A stretch of 64,000 nt of DNA from Patellaria atrata CBS 101060. Lineage: Eukaryota. Below, one piece after another: positions 47,836 through 61,589 of this stretch. A model generated the notes under the pieces. The model was given only the letters and a program-made list of their open reading frames with translations, was not told the DNA's origin and searched no databases. The stretch's first letter is position 1, and every line of letters begins with the position of its first letter. The DNA lies in NCBI GenBank assembly GCA_010093705.1, contig MU006098.1, positions 758,666 through 822,665 on the forward strand, read 5' to 3'. The translations under genes and the position numbers were made by a program.

Positions 47836-50156
47836 CTTGTTAGTGGAATATGATGACTATAATAGGTAGGAAATTGTAACCAAATCAGATCTTAGACGAG
47901 TTGCCCCATAAAATTATCACGTCTATTAGCAGCCTTGGCAAAACCCCAGCTATTGTACTCAAATTGAATAGACAATAGCCCATTGCCTCCCAAACATATT
48001 CATGAAGCTAATAACCTAGTACATAGTGATTGAATGTCTTTCTAAAAGCGCAAGATGTATAGCGAGAAAGTAAGTGTTATGGCGATTTTATTCCTGAAAA
48101 CCTCTTAAGGAATTATACTCCACCATATTGCTACAAATTTTGTCTGACGGTGTATTCAAGCAAATGTGTGGATACTCAGCTCAATCTGATCAGGCAGTGA
48201 TGCAGGGCATCCTGAGCCAACAAATCGATTTTAGGAAAGGTTCACAGGTCCTAATCAGCCGGTAGTACAATACTAACGTCAATCTTTCGGCACGGGAGAT
48301 CCGCAATGCATTGCGTTTGACAGGCCATTTGGACCATGGTTTCGGTCACGCTTGCAAACACGTCCAGGAAGATACAACCAATAGATAAAACACTTGCCCC
48401 AGATTTCTACCTCATGCCTAAGTGCATAACGTTCCGTAAATCTTGCATAGGCAGGGCGGTTATAAAAGAGGGTTCCTACACTGGTGCCACAGGACTCGAG
48501 CATTGGCCTTCTTCCACGTTACATGCGAAGCTGAGAGAGTGCATTGCTGCAGATACTTCTTCCCCACACGTTGTAGGCCGTCTGCTTGTTTCCAGTTTCG
48601 AAGATGTTCAACTATTGATCTTGTCCGTTCAGTTGAGATGCTAACGGGGGTACTCAAGCTTATATCGATGTCGCAGATGAAAATAGCCATGTCTACCCTC
48701 AAGGAGAGACACGGTCTTTCATTTGGATAGGTGTCAAACAGTCATTCGGATAAAGTGTAAAATAGCCGATCTTGGTTGGTGGAGCACAGAGTCGTGGAGA
48801 AGCGATGTTGCACGCGTTTCGGTAAGACTATTTGGACGGATATCATCTACGCTTCGTCAGTCCTAAGAAGATACTCAGGTTCCTTGGAGAAATGTGTCTG
48901 GGGAGATCTTGCATAATGTGGGTTGACAGTTGTCAATGAACGTTGACAGCTGCAAAGAGCCGTAAATTTCTAGCGCATCTGTGGCACCACAGGTGGGCCG
49001 CGATTTGTAGACCTCAGACCAGAACCGACAGATCTAGTATTATGAAAAACTTTGCGGCTCTTTAGGTGCCCACTGTCAGTGAATACCACAAAACCCTGCA
49101 GCAAAAGTACGTCAATCGCAGAATCGTAAACGGGCAAACAAGGTGGTATAACGCTCCCGCCTATTGAATACATCCTAGATGCGTCCCTTCAGGATCCTCA
49201 TATGATGAACGGACAGAATTTCCGTAGAGAAATTATTAAAAATAAAATGGTTGAGCACCCCAAGATTCGCGTTCAACTCGTGGGGTTGAAAACCACTAGC
49301 ACAACGACACAGAAGTCCTTCATAATATAGTGACCTGGTGCAGTGCCAATTATTGATATTTCGGATCCTTCCCGTCGCCCTTGTTGAGAAATTAAATCAG
49401 AGTTCTCGCCCAAGAGCTTTCATCCCAGGCCAGAACATGACACCAAATGAGACCGGTAAGGGTTCAAAGTAGAAGGTTGTGATGAAATCTTCGCCGTTTA
49501 GAAGAATAGGTCGATATGGGGCTTGAATTAGCCTTGAGACATATTTGAATGCACAATTTCCGTATCTTCCGCTTCACAATTGGTATCTGCATGGCTCTTT
49601 TCTGTTTCTTGTTTCTCGCCTTTCTCTGGTCTAAGCGGCTCTTGTGTTTGACATCATAAGATCCGATCCGGGTACTATCTGAGTTGCCCTCACCTCTCAG
49701 TTTGTGCCAGTCCATTCCAAGGCCAATTCATCAGTAGGATCTCGACTTGGTCCATATCGAGATTGTTCACGAGTCCGTTCAATGTGGTCGTGATACTGCG
49801 TGGTTCGTCATATGGTGAGTTTCAAGTAAAGCTCATGCACTAGGTAAGGTTGCGAAAGGACTAATCCATCTAGCAGGCATATTACAGATCTTATCATATT
49901 GTCCTACCAGATACGAAGCAAGTAGAGAATTGGATCTAGTCCGTTCCTTCTTCTTCGCTTCGCCTCTTCATCTCTATAACAGTGAGTGTCAATAGACCCG
50001 GCTGACCTGCTAGCTCGGTTAACGATACAGCTAGACCAATTTCTAACCGTACGTGACATCCATTGTCTAACTGGCGGTATTTGATCTTACAATAGGGTCC
50101 TTGAACCATTGTGGATTTCACATGAAAGACACCTTCAGTTAATACGTCAGGTGGTC

Positions 50157-51856
50157 ATGCAGGAACCCTCGTCTATTCAGAATGACCTGATGCCGCCTAT
50201 GCACCTTATTCAGAACAATAGGCAAATGACAGAGCCCCAAACACATTGTCAAGCTTCAAGCTTCGGTAGCCAACACCACTTAAGCTCACTCACCCCTCCA
50301 TGTTCCACATCCGTTGTACCCCAAGCCACCATGAACGAAATGAACGACATGGGTGATTACGAGGTGAGTTTATATGGCGTTTAACAATAGGACTGAGCTG
50401 ACTGAACGTAGGCACAGTTCCAATGGGTATCTGAGCAGCGCCACAGCCAGCCTTCGGCATGTTTCGATAATTCCGAATTCACGTTTAACCCCAACGCCTT
50501 TCAGGTTCAAACGCAAATACAGAATGGTTTCAAGAATGCCTACGGTAGACAGTTGCAACACGGTGTTCTCTGTGAAAGTCCTGCAGTTGATCTCGGCGAC
50601 TATCAGGTTCAGACGCCAATCTACAACAATTTCGGAAACACTAATGCCGGACCATGGCAACAAGATGTCCTCTATGGAAACCAAGCTCATGTGGCGTCGT
50701 GGGCAGATCCCCGCATCCCAGACCTGAATTTCAATAATCAACTTCCTCTTTCTTCGAGTCTTGTCGAACGACTGCCTAACCAATTCTACGGTTCTGAGAC
50801 GCCGCAAGGAACATCATGGAAAGACTTGGGCACAACACACACGTTCGGGATCTTGATGCCAAATGCCAAGGTTTCAACCGTTCATAACGGCTTCCAATCT
50901 CAACCTCTAAACAACCAGGTCGACTTAGATGGCATGAATTTTCCATATGTCAACGGCAGGAGCACTCTTGATGCCCCCTTTCGCTTTGATGGATCATACG
51001 ACGTTTCTCAGATGGTATCTTCTACGGCGGCCGGTGTGAAGCACGAATTCGTCGAGTCCAGCGTCCATAATCTTGTTGAAGGAAATCCCGACTCCAGTCC
51101 CATGGGTCCCTCGAGCTCACAAGCCTGCACTCCTTGGACCGTTCTTGATGACAACAGTACGGCTCCTACAACGCCGTTCAACACGAGACAGAATTCCTTC
51201 GTCTTCAACAATGGCCAGACTCCAGGTTTGGCGTTTGACAACTCTCCACAAACAGATTGGACGGGAACATCTCCAGCCTCGACTGACAATGTGGGCGAGA
51301 ACCATGGGTCGTTGCCAATAACCGCAAGTTCTCCATGTCCTACCATGGATAGTACAACAAATGACTTAGCTATACCTGTCAAACGTAAAGTCAAACGGGC
51401 CAAAACTCCTGATATGGGGCCCCCTAACACGGATGAGTTCCTTCTCAGGGCGAAATGTGCTGGTTGGAGCTACAAAAGTATCCGCGAGAAGGGTGGCTTC
51501 ATTAGGACCGAGTCTACACTTCGTGGTAGGTACAGGATGTTGACTAAAGCAAAGGAGGACCGGGTCAGAAAACCAGTCTGGAAGCGTCAGGATGTAAGTT
51601 CCCCAGAATTCCTAATACCCAGCTCTTTACTAATTCCTTTTAGCACGGAGTCCTTGAGCGAGCCGTAAAGAAGTTCGCCAAGTATACCTCGGTGGACAAG
51701 GGAAACAAGACTACAATTCGCGTTATTGACCCGGAAAAGATATCCTGGAAGCAGGTGGCAGCGTATATTCCGGAGAACGGCGGCTCTTATCCATTTGGCG
51801 CCGCAACTTGCAAGAAGAAGTGGCTTGAACTTCATCCACGCGGTGAGACCAAGTGA
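50157..51856 (+). CDS. Fungal Myb-like DNA-binding protein with long low-complexity N-terminus
   Basis: FLLRAKCAGWSYKSI...ESTLRGRYRMLTK...RVRKPVW, then after intron 51594-51643 ISWKQVAAYI...FGAATCKKKW. First intron 50364-50411; start codon uncertain. Confidence 0.75.
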
Positions 51857-52511
51857 TAGGTATGTCTCGCGGTATCAGATCAGCGCAACGCTTTTATCTT
51901 CCAAAAATGTGGGACACTATTGCTGCCATCACTGGTGTATGCATGGCACTTGGTGTCCTTCAAAACTTTGAACGTATGGGTATGGTGAAGGATGAACAGT
52001 TCTCATTATATAGAACTTGGATATCCTGGGCACCGTCATTTTTGGGGTTTGGTTTGCGGAGTTGGTGGAACCCTTGGCCATGGTGGTACTGCTTTGATTT
52101 CTTCCATGGCGAAGCAGATAGAACTATCCTTAAAAAAGGTAAATAGTTGAATATATCGGAATTGCTTTGCACTGAAATCGCGGGATTGCGTATTGCCTTA
52201 AGACGTCGTTGCTCGGTGCCTTGGGTTCAGCTTGAGCTAACATGGTGTTATTCTTAGAATCGACCGTTGTAGTTGAAATAAACTACGAATTGCTTAGGGT
52301 TGGCGTCCCGGGGCGTTGCTGGTGCGCCGGACCAAAACAGTATGAGCTAACGCTCAGGCGTCATTGGCGTGATCAACCCATCTCGACTCGGGGAAGGGCA
52401 CCAGTCCTTCTTCCGCCGCATATAATTCCCCTCGAAGTCCGGACTTCATCTCTACATCACTCCATTACCATTCTATCACTCTCATTCATTACCTTTTCCA
52501 CTACCGTGAAG

Positions 52512-53681
52512 ATGTTGGATCTGTCTATCCCTCTCTCAACTCTGGTTGCGACGAGATTCAGAGGAGCAAAGGCTACCCCAAGCCTGATATTCTCCAAAAC
52601 CCAACTCACAGTCATTCGCACCTCATCAGGCGTTCCGGTATGTAAGTAGGATCGGCACGAGTCCGCTCCCATCACCTAGATTGACAATCCATACTGCAGT
52701 TTCAACTCCTCTATTGCCCCGCATTGGCGAAGAAAGAGAAGAAAGATGAACTGGACAAGAACAAACCCAAGAGCCCAATGCCTTACCGAGACCCATTTGA
52801 TATGCCGCAAGGACATTTGTTTATCGCAGAAGTTCCACAGACCGATCCCTCTCATGTCCTGGTTCTGAATAAGTATCCGGTGATCCAAGAACATTTTATA
52901 ATTACGACGAAAATCAACAAGCCTCAAACACACCTTTTGGAGCCGATCGACCTTGGCCTAACTTACAATTGTCTCGAAGCTTGGGAGGAACACAGTATTC
53001 CTCTGCACAGGAAACGTCTTTTCGCCTTTTTCAACTCCGGTCCGCTCAGCGGAGCCAGTCAGCCGCATCGGCATTTACAATTCCTCCCAGTCGAAAGTAT
53101 GACTCGAGGTGCTGATTCGAAAGGCTGGCACGTCCTCGCCGAATCCCTTGGAGATTCTCTAGCAGAGAAAGTAGCCTCAGGGGAAGCAGGTCCGCATTAA
53201 AATTGCGCCTTCATACCACCCTATACTTACTTTATTCCCAGATCCCCTAGTACCCCAATGCTCACCTCGTCTCCCCTTCCGCACATACGCCCTCCACGTC
53301 CCCGAAAATCCTACCCAAGATCAACTTTACACCATCTACATGAAGCTTTTCCGCATGGCCGAGTCGGCTGTGCGCGATTTCATTACCACAAACCCCGGTA
53401 AGCTCGAGCTCCACGATACCTCGACCGGCAACTCGCCGATAAGCTACAATCTCGCAATGACCCGGAATGTCATGATCATATGTCCGCGTCAGAATGGGGG
53501 CAAGCATTTCCAAACTAAGGAGGGTGAGGTTCTGGGATATATCGAGCTCAACGGAACCATACTGGCGGGTACGGTCATGGTTAAGTTGGAGAAAGAGTGG
53601 GAGCTCATGAAGAACGATCAGTCGCAGTTGGACATGCTGCTTTCGCATGTTGGATTGCCTCAGAAATGGTCGCACGAGTAG
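52512..53681 (+). CDS. APA2: Ap4A phosphorylase / ATP adenylyltransferase (Apa1/Apa2 family)
   Basis: FQLLYCPALAKK, LVLNKYPVIQEHFII, FFNSGPLSGASQPHRHLQF (HxHxQ), SYNLAMT and LNGTILAGTVMVK; two introns. Confidence 0.9.
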
Positions 53682-56600
53682 GGTTGTATCATTGAGAGAT
53701 TGTGTCAGGGTTTATGTTACGCGGTGGATATCTGAGAGGGGTTTTGGCGCTTGATGATTATAATGATTGAGCATGGGGGATCATTTGGCACATACCGAAG
53801 TATCTAACGATGACGCATGAGTGGTTTTCTGCTTTCCATAGAATGCAATTCTCTTATTCCCTCGATTACCAATTGTCCTAGAGCAACATCCGCTAATTCT
53901 CAAATCCCAGAGTACAGTCCTTTCTTTGAGCAAGGCATCATTTCCCTCGAAAGTCACGTCTATACGTCCTCTTTCTAATCCTCCACCATCCACTGCTGAA
54001 AAACATTCCTATATCAAACCAGGGACCCAGCAGTAATTGCATCCTCCCTACCCGTCACTTCTTATCAACACTCCAACCGGCTCTCCATTTTGGAACCCGT
54101 CTCCCCCATGGGCAACGCACCGACCAAATTCGCCCGCACCCGCACTTATTTTCTCGGAAGCTCGGATCCTTAGCTCCCGGGTCCGGGATCCGAGCCGGAG
54201 ACCGAGACCGTGCGCTGAAAGGGGTCACGAAGATGGCATTGAGATGGGATCGTCTATATGCATCAAACACACTAGGTAGCGTAGGAGGGGTGTTAAGGAA
54301 GCGAGGGCACGCGTTCAGTTACCTGCGTTTACGAGGTCTTTAGTGTACTACGCGAGCCGATGGTGTCAACAAATGTTCACTCATAACTATTAGACGGCGC
54401 TCGACGGGAATTCAACGCCCTCGATTTGAAGCTCTTTGTCCGAACTCCCCGGTTCCTGTACTTTGCTGTCCAATTGCTGTACCCATGGCGCGGCAATAAG
54501 CCCCGTCCATTAAGAAATCATCAACTCTGTACTATTCACTTGGGAGATCTGCTGGACGTGAGATTACGCGAAGCCAGATGCACGGCAAGAGGGAATAGAT
54601 AACTATCTAACCAGACGGCGGAACAACTCCTATGATAAACCATTCCGTTGAATTCAAGTGGCTCACCCGTCATCAATGTATCTACCCAATTCTTCATCCT
54701 ATCCATCTGACCAATCCCTATTTGGGTTTCTGAATTCAGTATCACGGCACTGGCTACTTAATCCCGCTCCTATTGGGAAAGGAGCTCGTTTACTCAAAGC
54801 TAGAATCACGACATGCAACGCACGGTCACAACCCAAATCAAGAGTGCAAAGTTCTTCTATTCTATCTACGGCATGTTTCATAGACTTAAACCGCACCAGG
54901 TGCCCACCTCGAAACATAGCCGAAGTAACGTTTGATTTCGATTCGCCTCCACTCTCATCCACCGAAATATCAAGGAAGAAGAAAAGTTGCAATTGACTGA
55001 CTCTAAGTAGTCCCGTCGAGGCTGGCTAAGCTTAAGTAATTCTGGTGAAGGCGATGGACTAAAGTAGTTTTAATAAAGGTTTAGGCGTGTTGTGTAGAAT
55101 CATTGAGTTCGTAGTGTCGACTTGCTGAGGGTCTTTGGGCATTTTGTTGGAGTTTCCGCTTCGAGTAAGTATTCAGCCGTTGGTGCTCAAGCGACTCCTT
55201 GAGCAAAAGCGGGTTTGAGGTCGGTTACTAGGCGATCGCAAGTTGCTGAGGATACGAGTTGTAGTCAACGAGATTCCTTTCGATTGAGACGTTGCAGAAA
55301 GGGGAATAGCCCCAAAACCCCAGGGGAGATCAGACTTCGAACCAACGGAGTTCCGGTGACATTGACGGTGATTTTCTTTTTAGCTGAGAGATCAATTCAA
55401 GAGACGCTCAATAGACTCAGGAAACAGCCGACATTTGTGTGGTCTTCGTCAAGAGTATTCGTCTACTTCCTGGCTTGTGTGTGGTATGAATTTATTGTGT
55501 AAAAGTTGCGAGTTCGGTGGATTGGATCCCTTGCCTATGATTTTGATCGTGTGCTTTCGATCGCTCACAAGACTATGGGTTCTTAAATATGTAGCTCGAG
55601 CGCACTGTTTGACAGATGATATTACGGCACGGTGTAAATATCTGAAAGTAAACGACGTGATGAATGCTGCGGCCTTCGGTAAAAGTGGTTTTGCAATGCG
55701 AAGTATTGGCTTCATAGTCTCCATGTAAGGCTCCAGAGGACGCAGTGTAGCTTTCATTTCCGACTTTGTGATTCTAAACAACGAAAGATCGTAGATAATT
55801 TACGTTTCAAGCTTCCTTCGGGAGGTTCAGTCACTTGGTGTTCGAATGTTCTTTGGTGGTCGACAAAGGATATCGCATAGTGAGTTCTTCCCGATGGGAA
55901 GCGTTAGTCATTTGCAGATTAGATGGTACAATCCAAATTTACTCATTATTGTAGTTCACCTGAAACTTTCAGGCTACCAATGTATCAGAGTTCGAGTCTC
56001 CTCGGATGTTCAAGGCCGTTGTAGAAAGAAAGAAACGCTTCAGAAACCGCCGAAATCATTGCGGAGATACTATGAAGCTTAACTCTTTAAAGAGGTTGCG
56101 AGGCGAAATTTTCTCGGCTTATGGAGCTCATGCAGAAAGGTGTGGATCACACGGCGATGGTCGAAGCAATGTTGTTTGTGAATTTCTTTTTGAGTATGAT
56201 TCAACGTCCTATGGACTCTTCGATTCTAGTCTTCTATGCGTTTCAAATTAGTACCTTATGCAAAGTGATGGCGTGAATAGGTATTAACTCACATGTTCAT
56301 CATGAAGAGTGTCCTTGCGTTAAGAGTGTCTCCATTATTGCTGCCGTGACTTTCAAACTGACGAAATGTCCACACGGTAGTTGAGTTCGATCATCGGTAG
56401 CGTTACGTCCTGCTAGTTGACGCTGAAGCGAGTTGGACGATAGTTCAATTCTTTTTCGTACTGCGTTGGTCGTTGCTCAAGTGAATTGAGCGATAGTTCA
56501 CAAGCTGCACTAGGGTTTTCGAAATTGGCATCATAAGATGCTCTCTTCATGTCAGTGTTCAGCTTCTTTTTAGTCATATGATCACCGTTCCTAGTCGGCG

Positions 56601-57256
56601 CTGATGACTACTCTAGCTCTAGGTGAATCGTCAAGCCTCGGGGTTCTCAGCGCGACTGGGAACGATGGAGTGGATAGAAAAAGAAGAAGAAGAAACATGT
56701 GGCTCAAGAAAGTCTTTATTGCCGCAGCTCGGCAGCTGATGAGTCATACGACAAACGACAACCGCCTTGACTCCGAGCAGTGGGGTTGCCGTAGCAACCA
56801 AGTCAGGTGCGCAGCAAGACAGATAGAACCGCCCCTAAGTACTGCGGAGTATAGTACTCATGATGCTATGATCTCCTACATCAGTATATCAATCTGAGTA
56901 GGGGAATACCTTTCCGGTCTTGGGATTACTATTCTCGAATTCTTTCCGAGTATTGCATTGAAACGTTATCTAGTCTCCACAAGATTCTCCACGCCAAAAT
57001 CTCGTGCAAATTAGATAAACAGGGTTTGTAACACATAGATTCTTGAAAACTGATCGTGGAAGCCGTCTCGAATAGTTTGGGGGTTCAAGGGCGTTATTGC
57101 GGGCGAAAGGTTATTTTTCGTTTGAAGTTTCTATCAATTCCTCCTTGTACTGGCCAAACACTTGTTGTACCAGAAGTATTGCTGCGATAACAGCCGAAGC
57201 TCATATCGGACTTAGTCATTCATCCTTAACATCAGAGTAAAGGGGGATACAAGATG

Positions 57257-57343
57257 ACTGAACTGTACAAGACTTACTGAACTGTACAAGGCTTACTGAA
57301 CTGTACAAAACCGGACAGTACAAGATCTACTGGACTATACAAG
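57257..57343. repeat. 19-nt minisatellite ACTGAACTGTACAAGRCTT, three copies plus two degenerate copies
   Basis: ACTGAACTGTACAA at 57257, 57276 and 57295; degenerate units near 57310 and 57329. Confidence 0.8.
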
Positions 57344-59492
57344 CTGACCAAACAATCAGCACACCTAAACAGCCATCCCAACCTCTATTCAATTACAGTA
57401 CACCTCCTATTTGAGCATACATACCTCGCCAGTCACGTTTCTATACAAGGCCAGTGAATAATCCTTCATGATCAAGGAGGTCTGAGATCGGCAGTCTTAC
57501 TATGCGCCGGAAAATCGCTATCCAGACGTAGAGCGTGTACAGTGGGCGAAGGTTCCATACTCCAATATGTGATGACGGAGGGATAGTACTGTGTTCAGGA
57601 ATACCGCAGCCTACCCGACGTCACATCTTCTTCTATGGTTATTCGGAAACTTTAAATTTGCAGAGGTATCTTTGTCATTGATGAGCCAAAATCACTGCCC
57701 CGCGGATGTAGGGTTCATCAGGGGGTAAACACTTTCTACCATGCGTGGTTCTGGATTGATCTACAGCATGGGAAGTGTACGTTCACGGTGTGTATCGCTT
57801 TGACTGATTGATAGTACCTTTGTGGTTTCGTTGCGGGTGGATGCTTGTGCTTGTGTTGTAAACTTCTTCCTTCACTCGGTAGTTGAAGGGGTCAACGAAT
57901 GGTTCGGAGGAGAAGAGCGCGAGGAAAGGTAGGTTCGAGATGTCTGTTGGCGTCTCCACCATCGTACCTATCATCAGTCTTGATCCTGGCCGCTAGTATT
58001 CAGACACGTGGGAAGAAAAGGGGTTTGAAAGGGAGCGACGTACGATGGGAGCGACGTACGATATGCAAGAGGCAAATCTTCAAGCAGTATCAAGGGGTAA
58101 GGTAGGGCAATGCATGTCGGACTGAAACATATCAACATAAGAGCGGTTACGGAGTCTAGAAGCCTGGATGAGATGTCTGAGTGGGAGGAAGTCATGATAC
58201 CTTCTATTCATCCGTCTTATTCTTGATTCTAGCCCCCTCATTAGCACTCAATCAAATAACACTCCACAAGACATGCAGACTCGGCAATCCACCGCAACGT
58301 AAGGGAATGCATGCGAAACAGGGAGACGATAGGAAGGAGTATGGCAGAGGCGAGACATGACTGGATGAGGGAACAATGGTGGTTCTAGACTCCAGGGTGA
58401 AATAGGAGGCATGGTTCGTGCAAGGCACCGCTTCCATCCAGATATTTACAGCGATAGAGGTAAGGAAAGGGTAAACGAGAGTTCGAAAGCGACAGATAAA
58501 CAGATGTGTCTACTTTTCGATGGGTGGCAGAGTACTTGAATGAACAGTCAAAGGTACAGGTGCGGCTGATAGACGCTCGTATTCGGGTTAGGGGGTATAG
58601 AGGGGGGTGCAGAAGGTCCTAAGGCTGACGCTGAAGCTGAAGCTGAGGCGCAGTGTAAGGGAAACTAACTCGGGACCAAGGTAGAAGCTATCGGGATAGA
58701 TGTAAAGGTCATTGAAATAGATGATCACTTTGAAATATGAAGACGAGAGATTGTTGCAGAGAAATAGGATGCCATTGCATCAACTATCTAGGCTAATGCG
58801 TCCGGCGCAAAAATTCAGCTGCCTCCCTAAGAGACAAGCAGAAAAGACACTAAACAATATCATGATCCATTAATTCCGATCCCAATCCTTTGTCTTGCCT
58901 GTAGATCCCAACCATGAGTATCATGAATCGTGACAAAACCGTGCTAGCAGAAAAGAGAGCAAATGGGTACTTGTGTCAAGAAAGCAAATCGCATGAAAAC
59001 CACAAGCAAGCCGACCACCGTATTAATACATCCTGTTGCACATCGATGGGAATAGATAGTTTACACGACCATCTCACCCTCGAATCCGGGGACATTATCC
59101 ACGATCCAAGGTCCTTTTTCCTCCTCTGTCGCATTATGCAGCGCCTCCGCCTTTTTGAGAACCGTAACGTCCAAGTCGGTGATGTAACCATTTCCATCAC
59201 CAAGGGGCATGCGGACTTCATACTCTTGATCGAGCATCATCTCATCCTTCCACAAACGCCTTGGCCCATCGTAGACGCAAAGCACACGTTTCTTCATCTT
59301 CATCTTATCCGTCGCACAACCCCAGCTGACAGGATAATTCTTGCGCTTCTTGCGTCCAGATCCGACGAGAGCGACACCACCTTTGCTGAAGGTGAGTCCT
59401 GCTCGTCGAGCGGTGTTGCCGTTCTTTGTGTTTTTGGTGATGCCACCCCCGATGTGCTGCGCCGCGCCGACACCCCGGGGATGTGCTGATTG

Positions 59493-61589
59493 TCAACTTG
59501 AGTTGTTGCGGCGCGATTTGAGGGCGCCTTTGCCGGAACGGGCAGACCGAGCGCCGTAGTTTTCATCGTTCGCGTCATCAGCATCAACCTCTTCCTCTTC
59601 CTCCTCCTCATCCTCCTCATATGATGGAGCCGAGTATTCCATGGAAGTCGGTAAGCAGTGCATTTCCAAAGTATCCTTAACACCAGTATCATCAGCTACA
59701 GATGCGAGGAGCTTCTCGTTAATACCCTCCGAGGGCTCTATTTGTTGTACAACGCGGAGTACGCAATCGTCTAGATGCTCGTAGAACTCTTGAGCATTGG
59801 CAAAGGTTACTGAACAAGTGGAGCAAGTACCGGCGGAATTCTGTGGTGTGGTGGTGTAACTCTTCTTGGCGGTCTGAGGTGACTTCTTGCGGCTATTTGG
59901 AGGAGTCTGCTCCACACCGTGGACAGATGTAAGATGGCGCTTGAAGACATCGGCACGGTTGAAGCTCTTCTCTGCGGCGGAGCCAGAGCCAGGGCAGAAC
60001 CCACACACCATCGTACCCTTGTAATGGGTTAAAGTATGTCGGTTCTTGTCGTATTTCCTTGCAAATCCCTTCTGGTGGTACTCACAGGTAACGATCGGGC
60101 ATTTCTCAGGTCGTTCCGTTTGATGGGTTAGCATATGAGCTTTGAGATCTTTGAAAACTCGGCCGCACTCTGGAATGGGGCAAAGACCCTTCTCCTTTGA
60201 TTCCTCATCGAGCTCGTAGCTACCACTCCTTCGGCTGGCTTGAGAGTACTTGGAATGAACGGATGATAAAGATGGTCTCCTTGAACCTTGGTACTGGGGA
60301 TATGGGGCGAATTCAGCAGTGTGAAGATAGGGCGATTGGCTTCCATTCTTGAAATGTCTCGATCCAGAACGGTACTGACTCCTTACTGAGCCCATTGACG
60401 GAGCAGGGGATGGTGGCTGTTCGATATAAGGGAAGTGGGGTGAAGGTGTGGTGCGGATTTCTGGGTATGGAGAAGCTGCGAACGGAATCGGCGAGGGAAA
60501 TGGTTGGATAAGTGTCGGGTCTGGAAGAAACATTAGTCACAAGATTCTTCAATGAAATATGACGCAAGAGAATAGCAGAAAGATCTAGCTACAGAGTGAA
60601 AATACAGGGTAAGGAAACCAACAAGAAATTCCAAGTGGAGAATTGTAGTTTCTACTGCCTTGGTCGGGGAAGGAAATAGATTGACTATTAGGAGATATAG
60701 AGATGACTGATGGTGCAGGAGATGGCGCTGCCGGTGGCCATATTTGATGAGATAACAATGAATTTCTCCGCCGCTTGGTTGTTTCGCTGCCTTCCCATGG
60801 CGCATTTCTCTTTTGCGTGTTATTGAGCTTGACTGGAGGAATAGAAAAAGCCGAAGCTGGAGTACCAGGGGACTTGAATGTAGGAGAAGCACATGGAAGC
60901 TGCACCGATTGTTTTGCTACTTGAGCATCCCAAGGTGAATATGTAGAAGATTGAGAAACTGGACTTTCCGACATGGTTTTCGCAGTCGCTTTTTGTTGCG
61001 ATGAAGGTAATTGAGATGAAGCAACGCCTGATGATGACGAAGAAACTTTTGATGACTCACCGACGCAACCTGGCATCTTATCGGTCGCGACCATGGCCTC
61101 ATATTCAAAGCTCGAGGTAAAACTGTCTTGACTAACAAGACCCGGAGCGAGTCCAAGGCCTTGACCCATGACATTCCAGGAATCATGGTACTGCGGATTC
61201 ATGGAAGGAGACCCCATAGCTGAAGAAGAAGTGCTAGGAATTGAAGCGCCGGATTCTGATGCTGCTGATAGATGAGGAGGATGGATGTCGAAGGAATGAG
61301 AAGCAGAGTTGGCTGGCGATCCGGCGTCGCTGTAAGAATGGTAGCTATTCTTGATACTTTGCGGAATGCCGTCCAAGCTGAAGTTGAACTCCTGTGATCT
61401 TGGGGCGTTGGAGAACGCTTGTATCGATGACTGTGAGTCAAACGTGCTGTAGGTATGGTCAAATGCCGGAACAGCCATGTATGACTGGCTGGAAGTAAAT
61501 GCTTCTTGGTAATTCTCCTGCTGAGGATAGAGATCGAAATCTGCGGTCGGCATGGTAGTCGGTATCGAATATTCGGCGTATGAAACCAT
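59493..61589 (-). CDS. nsdC: C2H2 zinc-finger transcription factor, NsdC-like
   Basis: CPIPECGRVFKDLKAHMLTH, CPIVTCEYHQKGFARKYDKNRHTLTH and CGFCPGSGS...FKRHLTSVH fingers; acidic tail. One coding intron with acceptor at 60521 and a probable 5'UTR intron 61610-61719. The symbol is recalled from family similarity, not from a search. Confidence 0.8.

Noticed and set aside
54900..56580. Possible decayed minus-strand gene
   Set aside because: Short protein-like pieces with many stops and no recognisable motif; no supportable model.
58031..58062. 16-nt direct duplication GGGAGCGACGTACGAT x2 (similar short duplication near 39334-39374)
   Set aside because: Simple local slippage with no associated element or target-site structure.
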